Assembly: GCA_965205025.1 (NCBI GenBank) | Contig: CBDBFU010000014.1 | Coordinates: forward strand, 32,001 to 96,000 | DNA length: 64,000 bases | Reading direction: 5' to 3' | Source: Candidatus Poribacteria bacterium | GTDB taxonomy: Bacteria > Poribacteria > WGA-4E > WGA-3G | In this document: positions 59,677 to 64,000 of the stretch, piece after piece | How positions within the stretch are numbered: the stretch's first letter is position 1 | Layout: each line of letters starts with the position of its first letter | The notes under the pieces: model-generated | What the model saw: the letters and a program-made list of their open reading frames with translations, nothing else | The model's database searches: none | What the model was told of the DNA's origin: nothing | Translations under genes and position numbers: made by a program

Positions 59677-60906
59677 CTAAAAGCTACGCCGCATTGCATC
59701 TACAGGGGTCATTCTGGCAACATGCCAAGCTGGATATAAGCCGGCAATAATAGTGAAAATAAAGAGAGATATCGGAAATAATATATACTGCTCTAACGTT
59801 AATACCGGATAGATGAATTCTTGTAATGTAACCCCCATCATTTCAATACCTGTATAATTAATTCCAAAATGACTAAATGTTGTCGTTAATAAAAAACCAA
59901 TAATTCCACCAAGAACAATACTTACAATTGCTAAGGAGGCAGCTTCAAATAGAATTAGTCGTGCCATACCAAACGGTCTGGTACCAACTGCACGTAGTAC
60001 ACCAAACTCAAACATCCGTTCATACAACGACATAAACAGAGTATTGATGATACCAAAGACCACTACAACGAATAACAGAGCACCTACTATATATTTACTA
60101 TATTCAACCATATCAAACATTGCTTGTAGTTCAGGAAGAATATCTGTCCAACTTAATACTTCGTTTTCGTATTCAGAATATGTATCCCAAAATGCTAAAT
60201 CTGGGTTTTGTCCGTGTGAAGCCGATTTGAATTTAATAGCAATTTCGTGCACATTATTTTCAAGTGCCAACATTTCTTGTGCTTTATGTAACCGAATGAA
60301 CGCCATTCCACTATTCATTCCTTCATCTGCAAAATAGTAGATACCAGATATTCTGAACCAATCTTCAAAATAATCTCCACTACCTGCCTGAGCTACCGTG
60401 ACAACCACCTTATCTCCTAACCCAATTTCTAACGTTTCAGCGAGTTTATTCCCGATGACAATATCATGCGGGTTAGTCTCTTCAAAAAAAACTCCTTCTA
60501 TTATCCTATCATCAATCTGTGAAAGGTGTATCTCTCTTGGTGGATTAACACCAACAAGATTAATAGCACTTGTATTTGCAGATGATACAATCATGCCGGT
60601 ACTAAAAGTTCGTCGTGCAAAATTATGAACGATTGTCTCTTTAGCTAACTTCGAGGTTATCTCATCAACTTCCTGAATCGTCATTGAAACATCCTGTGTA
60701 TCACGATAATCCTTGAAATGTATTTGTGCGTCACCCAGAAATGAGTCAGTAGCAGTCTTCGCTAAAATATCACTCATTCCTAACATAAGTGCATCAAGAA
60801 AAATAAGGGCAGCAAGACCTATTCCTATAGCAATAGAGGCAATAAATGTGCGACGTTTATTCCGGAAGATGTTCTTCCAAGCAAGTTTTACTAAAATAAG
60901 AAACAT
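59677..60906 (-). CDS. ABC permease (LolE/FtsX/MacB type)
   Basis: AWKNIFRNKRRT, MSLYERMFEFGVLRAVG, YPAWHVARMTPVDAMR. Confidence 0.9.
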   Translation of the reverse strand: MFLILVKLAWKNIFRNKRRTFIASIAIGIGLAALIFLDALMLGMSDILAKTATDSFLGDAQIHFKDYRDTQDVSMTIQEVDEITSKLAKETIVHNFARRTFSTGMIVSSANTSAINLVGVNPPREIHLSQIDDRIIEGVFFEETNPHDIVIGNKLAETLEIGLGDKVVVTVAQAGSGDYFEDWFRISGIYYFADEGMNSGMAFIRLHKAQEMLALENNVHEIAIKFKSASHGQNPDLAFWDTYSEYENEVLSWTDILPELQAMFDMVEYSKYIVGALLFVVVVFGIINTLFMSLYERMFEFGVLRAVGTRPFGMARLILFEAASLAIVSIVLGGIIGFLLTTTFSHFGINYTGIEMMGVTLQEFIYPVLTLEQYILFPISLFIFTIIAGLYPAWHVARMTPVDAMRRSF

Positions 60907-60915
60907 AGTCTATCC

Positions 60916-62130
60916 TTAATATGTCCGCATCGCTCTTGCAGGTATAATCCGTGCAGCCTTTATCGCCGGGAATAGGCTAACAAGGATTGCGGATAGTATA
61001 ACAGTTATTGCTGGAATAACCAGACTTGCAGTAGTAACAGCACCGTAGAGTGTTTTGATTTTCATTCCCCCAAAAGTTATTTCAGTAGGATATGTTATTC
61101 CATAAACCGAGAAAAGATAGTTGATTACTGTTCCGAGAATTGCACCAACACATACACTCCCTATAGCGATAATAGTGACTTCTGAAACTACTAACCCGAA
61201 GATCTGTAACGGTTTTGTACCAACAGCCTTCAAAACACCATATTCTCGAGTTCGCTCCAGCACTGACATAAGAACTGTATTAAGCACACCAACGGCAACG
61301 ATAAACATTATAATCAGACGACTAATCGCATCACCCTTCCTATCGGTTTGCATTGCAACATAAAATGATTTTGCAAATACTTGCCAAGGAGCAATCTCAA
61401 GTTTAGGATTGTTAAGGCTATTTTCAAGACTTGATAGAGTTTTAGTAACACGATTTATATTTGAGACTATTACGACTATTTCATGAATCCGTCCTTGTAG
61501 AACAAATAAGTCTTGAGCATCATCAATATGTAGATAACAGGTTGCTCTATCTGATAAATCATCCCCACTCTCAATAGTGCCAACAATTGTGTATTCATCA
61601 TTGGCAAGTGAGCCATCCGCTGCTTGTGAAAAGAATGCTATCTTACTCCCCACCGAAGCTGATAATCTCTTTGCAAGTCCTATCCCAATTACTGCTTCAT
61701 GTGATGCAGTTTCTGCTAAAGTTTTGCCTTCAACCAACTTCTTGTCAAAGTTTGTCGCTTGATTCTCTCTGATTACATCAATCCCAACCACTCTTACAGC
61801 GGTACTTTTCTCATTCACCGAAGCCAGACCTGCCGCATACACACGTGGTGTCCATTCTTCAACATTTGCATTGCTTTGGATAGTTTGTCCGATAGATTCA
61901 TAGTCAGTTATAGTATTATAAATAGTTGGTTTATCAAGATAACCGGCGGAATGGACTTGAATATGTCCCATCCTGTTTCGGGTGAACATATTAATTATAT
62001 TCGAATACGCACCATCAGAGAGACCTATGGTAAGAGAGGAGAGCGTAAAACCAACAACCATTGCAAGTGCGGTTAGAATTGTTCTACGTTTTTGACGGAA
62101 GATGTTTCGGAAGGCAATTTTAAGAATCAT
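60916..62130 (-). CDS. ABC permease (LolE/FtsX/MacB type)
   Basis: AFRNIFRQKRRT, MSVLERTREYGVLKAVG, FPAIKAARIIP. Confidence 0.9.
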   Translation of the reverse strand: MILKIAFRNIFRQKRRTILTALAMVVGFTLSSLTIGLSDGAYSNIINMFTRNRMGHIQVHSAGYLDKPTIYNTITDYESIGQTIQSNANVEEWTPRVYAAGLASVNEKSTAVRVVGIDVIRENQATNFDKKLVEGKTLAETASHEAVIGIGLAKRLSASVGSKIAFFSQAADGSLANDEYTIVGTIESGDDLSDRATCYLHIDDAQDLFVLQGRIHEIVVIVSNINRVTKTLSSLENSLNNPKLEIAPWQVFAKSFYVAMQTDRKGDAISRLIIMFIVAVGVLNTVLMSVLERTREYGVLKAVGTKPLQIFGLVVSEVTIIAIGSVCVGAILGTVINYLFSVYGITYPTEITFGGMKIKTLYGAVTTASLVIPAITVILSAILVSLFPAIKAARIIPARAMRTY

Positions 62131-62195
62131 TTCGGTTTTTTGAATAACCTACAGAGAATTCAATCAAAATTAGGTCATTTGGAAGTTAATACAGT

Positions 62196-62765
62196 CTAAA
62201 AATAGGCATGTATACCTGCACCAATATATACACCAGCCTGATTTTTATACAGGGAACTGGAATTTTCTCTTCCAACTCCTTGACCGATTGACATATTTAT
62301 ACCCAGCGGAATCCCCCCAAGTGGAAAAATCAATTCACCACCGAAAGAAATTCCACCTGCCAGTGTAGTGGCTTCGGACATTTCCACATGATTATAATAA
62401 TATTTATCTCTATAGAAACGCCATCCACCTTCTAAGGAGAAATAGAGTCGTGCGTGGTTCCATTTGCCTTTATATTCATAGATTGCATAAGAAATACCGG
62501 CACCTAACATATTATCGGTGATTTCATCATCAAGGTAAAAACGGCCTACGGCTTGTAGGTATACTGGGGCAAGGCTATTATAGCGTAGACTAATACCTCC
62601 AAATGAAGGAGTTGCACCATGGGCACCAATACCGAATGTTCTTGTAAGATCAGCTGTTTCCGCATGAACTGTTGAACTCATTATTAGGCAGATAACAACA
62701 TAAAATAGAGTAGAATTATAGATTATTTTAAAAATACATAACGAGTGTTGTTTACTATTGGTCAT
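62196..62765 (-). CDS. Small outer-membrane beta-barrel-like protein
   Basis: Signal peptide (VHA-E), Gly/aromatic-rich strands, C-terminal GIHAYF. Confidence 0.65.
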   Translation of the reverse strand: MTNSKQHSLCIFKIIYNSTLFYVVICLIMSSTVHAETADLTRTFGIGAHGATPSFGGISLRYNSLAPVYLQAVGRFYLDDEITDNMLGAGISYAIYEYKGKWNHARLYFSLEGGWRFYRDKYYYNHVEMSEATTLAGGISFGGELIFPLGGIPLGINMSIGQGVGRENSSSLYKNQAGVYIGAGIHAYF

Positions 62766-62780
62766 TATTGTAGATTACCC

Positions 62781-63611
62781 TTAAAAGTTACTTTTTTGTA
62801 GATTTCGGCGACTAAAGATTGTATCCTCAATTTTGGTATCGAATTTTCCATCATTCCAACGGACAATGGTTTTATGTCCTTTTTTATTCTGTGGTATCAT
62901 TTCCATCACTGAAGGAATAGTCTTACTTCCAAATGTTTTTATATCTTTGTAATTAAGAATTCGCATTAATTTACCTTTTTCATCATAGAAATGCTGCCAT
63001 ACTGGTAAAAAGTCTGACGATCTGACAGCAGAAATAATTTTTCCCCAAACAATTGTAGAATCTTCATTTGGGATAAGTTCGATATAAATTAAATCCGGTG
63101 TAGCATCCTCAGGCGTAATTAACTTATATGTATAATCTTCCTGCATTGATGATTCTTTGACTAAATCGTCATTAGAAAAGTCTGAACCCATCCATGATCC
63201 CATCATCATCGATGGTGAAATCTTCATCACCTTTTTTATTTTTGGTAGATAGTTCCACATCTCGTTTTTAATACGTAAAGTCGCAACACCCCGTTCTTTC
63301 TTTGGTGATGTAATTCTTATAAATGTTCTATCCATCCCCTTTGTCCAGACCAACATTTTTAATGTGCGTTCGTAATGTGGGGTTACAATATGCATCTCCA
63401 TATCTGCATAACTTGTCTTACTACGATATAATTGATCTATGAAATTTACTATCTGCTCAACTTCTTGTGTGGATTGTTCCTTTCCTATTGCACTGATAAT
63501 AATCGAAAACAGTAAGATTCCACAAACAATAGAGAATAATGGCAGCTTTTGTTTCCTGATAAAAAGGTTATACTTCCCTTTAATTATTGAAGAAGAGTTT
63601 GATCCGATCAT
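62781..63611 (-). CDS. LolA-like outer-membrane lipoprotein-sorting protein
   Basis: ITSPKKERGVATL, MWNYLP, SWMGSDFSNDD. Confidence 0.85.
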   Translation of the reverse strand: MIGSNSSSIIKGKYNLFIRKQKLPLFSIVCGILLFSIIISAIGKEQSTQEVEQIVNFIDQLYRSKTSYADMEMHIVTPHYERTLKMLVWTKGMDRTFIRITSPKKERGVATLRIKNEMWNYLPKIKKVMKISPSMMMGSWMGSDFSNDDLVKESSMQEDYTYKLITPEDATPDLIYIELIPNEDSTIVWGKIISAVRSSDFLPVWQHFYDEKGKLMRILNYKDIKTFGSKTIPSVMEMIPQNKKGHKTIVRWNDGKFDTKIEDTIFSRRNLQKSNF

Positions 63612-63916
63612 TAATTCCTCCTTATCAGCCGATCTAATCCAACTTTGTCATTTCCCTCGGCATACTTTAAAAACTCCATATCCTTTATATGTGGTTCAAT
63701 TTCATAGAGTTGGAATCGAATCTCACCTAAATCCTCATTTATTTGGTTTAAATCTTCTTCGATTTGCTGATATTTTATCTGTGAATTATTGGGATGATAC
63801 CCATGTTTTTTAAGTGCACGTGTAGTGCCAATTCTAACAGTAAGAAGGACAGTAATCGTTATACTTCCCATTACTATGAATGTTAGGATAACAAAAAAGA
63901 ATATAATATTTGACAT
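63611..63916 (-). CDS. Small single-TM coiled-coil protein
   Basis: N-terminal hydrophobic helix and heptad IEEDLNQINEDLGEIR; TAATG stop/start coupling to the next gene. Confidence 0.6.
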   Translation of the reverse strand: MSNIIFFFVILTFIVMGSITITVLLTVRIGTTRALKKHGYHPNNSQIKYQQIEEDLNQINEDLGEIRFQLYEIEPHIKDMEFLKYAEGNDKVGLDRLIRRN

Positions 63917-63924
63917 AGTTCTGT

Positions 63925-63999
63925 TTACTCACTGATACCTTTAGCAATTTTGATAAGTTCTTGTATCTGGTTCTTAAGTGCATCTGTTTCTTTACGGAT
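63925..63999 (-). CDS. 3' end of an upstream gene (truncated by window edge)
   Basis: IRKETDALKNQIQELIKIAKGISE* ends 8 nt before the next ATG. Confidence 0.5.
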   Translation of the reverse strand: MRKETDALKNQIQELIKIAKGISE

Positions 64000-64000
64000 T

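Noticed and set aside
1-64000. CRISPR array, rRNA, and the many short antisense or overlapping ORFs in the track
   Set aside because: No regularly spaced repeats or rRNA-like sequence seen; the short ORFs are shadows of well-supported genes with no motifs

Overview
An AT-rich chromosomal window from a diderm bacterium. The gene mix (three PhyH dioxygenases, a dockerin-bearing propeller, Uma2, a DUF6785-type transporter, PorV-like and PNPF-tailed proteins) suggests Candidatus Poribacteria or a similar lineage; this is inference only. Housekeeping and metabolic genes include tkt, hup, secD/secF, apt, rpe, queF, sppA, pcm, thrB, an uppS-like gene, rsgA, glgB, tRNA-Arg(CCT) and a LolA-like/FtsX/ABC export cluster. 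There are two internally deleted IS remnants (IS3, ISAs1) and one REP-like palindrome; I see no CRISPR array or prophage. Main highlights: (1) a cobalamin riboswitch with a terminator/antiterminator ahead of a YncE/BtuG-like propeller-dockerin gene, followed by a lipoprotein fused to an ECF S-component-like domain and a second propeller, a candidate novel corrinoid-capture system; (2) a hidden exported selenoprotein (in-frame UGA in WGSW-U-GC with a SECIS-like hairpin) overlapping a monoheme cytochrome c gene; (3) a full-length P-type ATPase with degenerate catalytic motifs; (4) a Schlafen/AlbA + ParA two-gene module; (5) a beta-barrel-SppA fusion beside PorV-like and CTD genes; (6) two candidate structured RNAs and two candidate AUU starts. 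secD and hddA carry +1 frameshifts in short homopolymers, probably assembly errors. All family calls come from motif recognition by eye, not from database searches.
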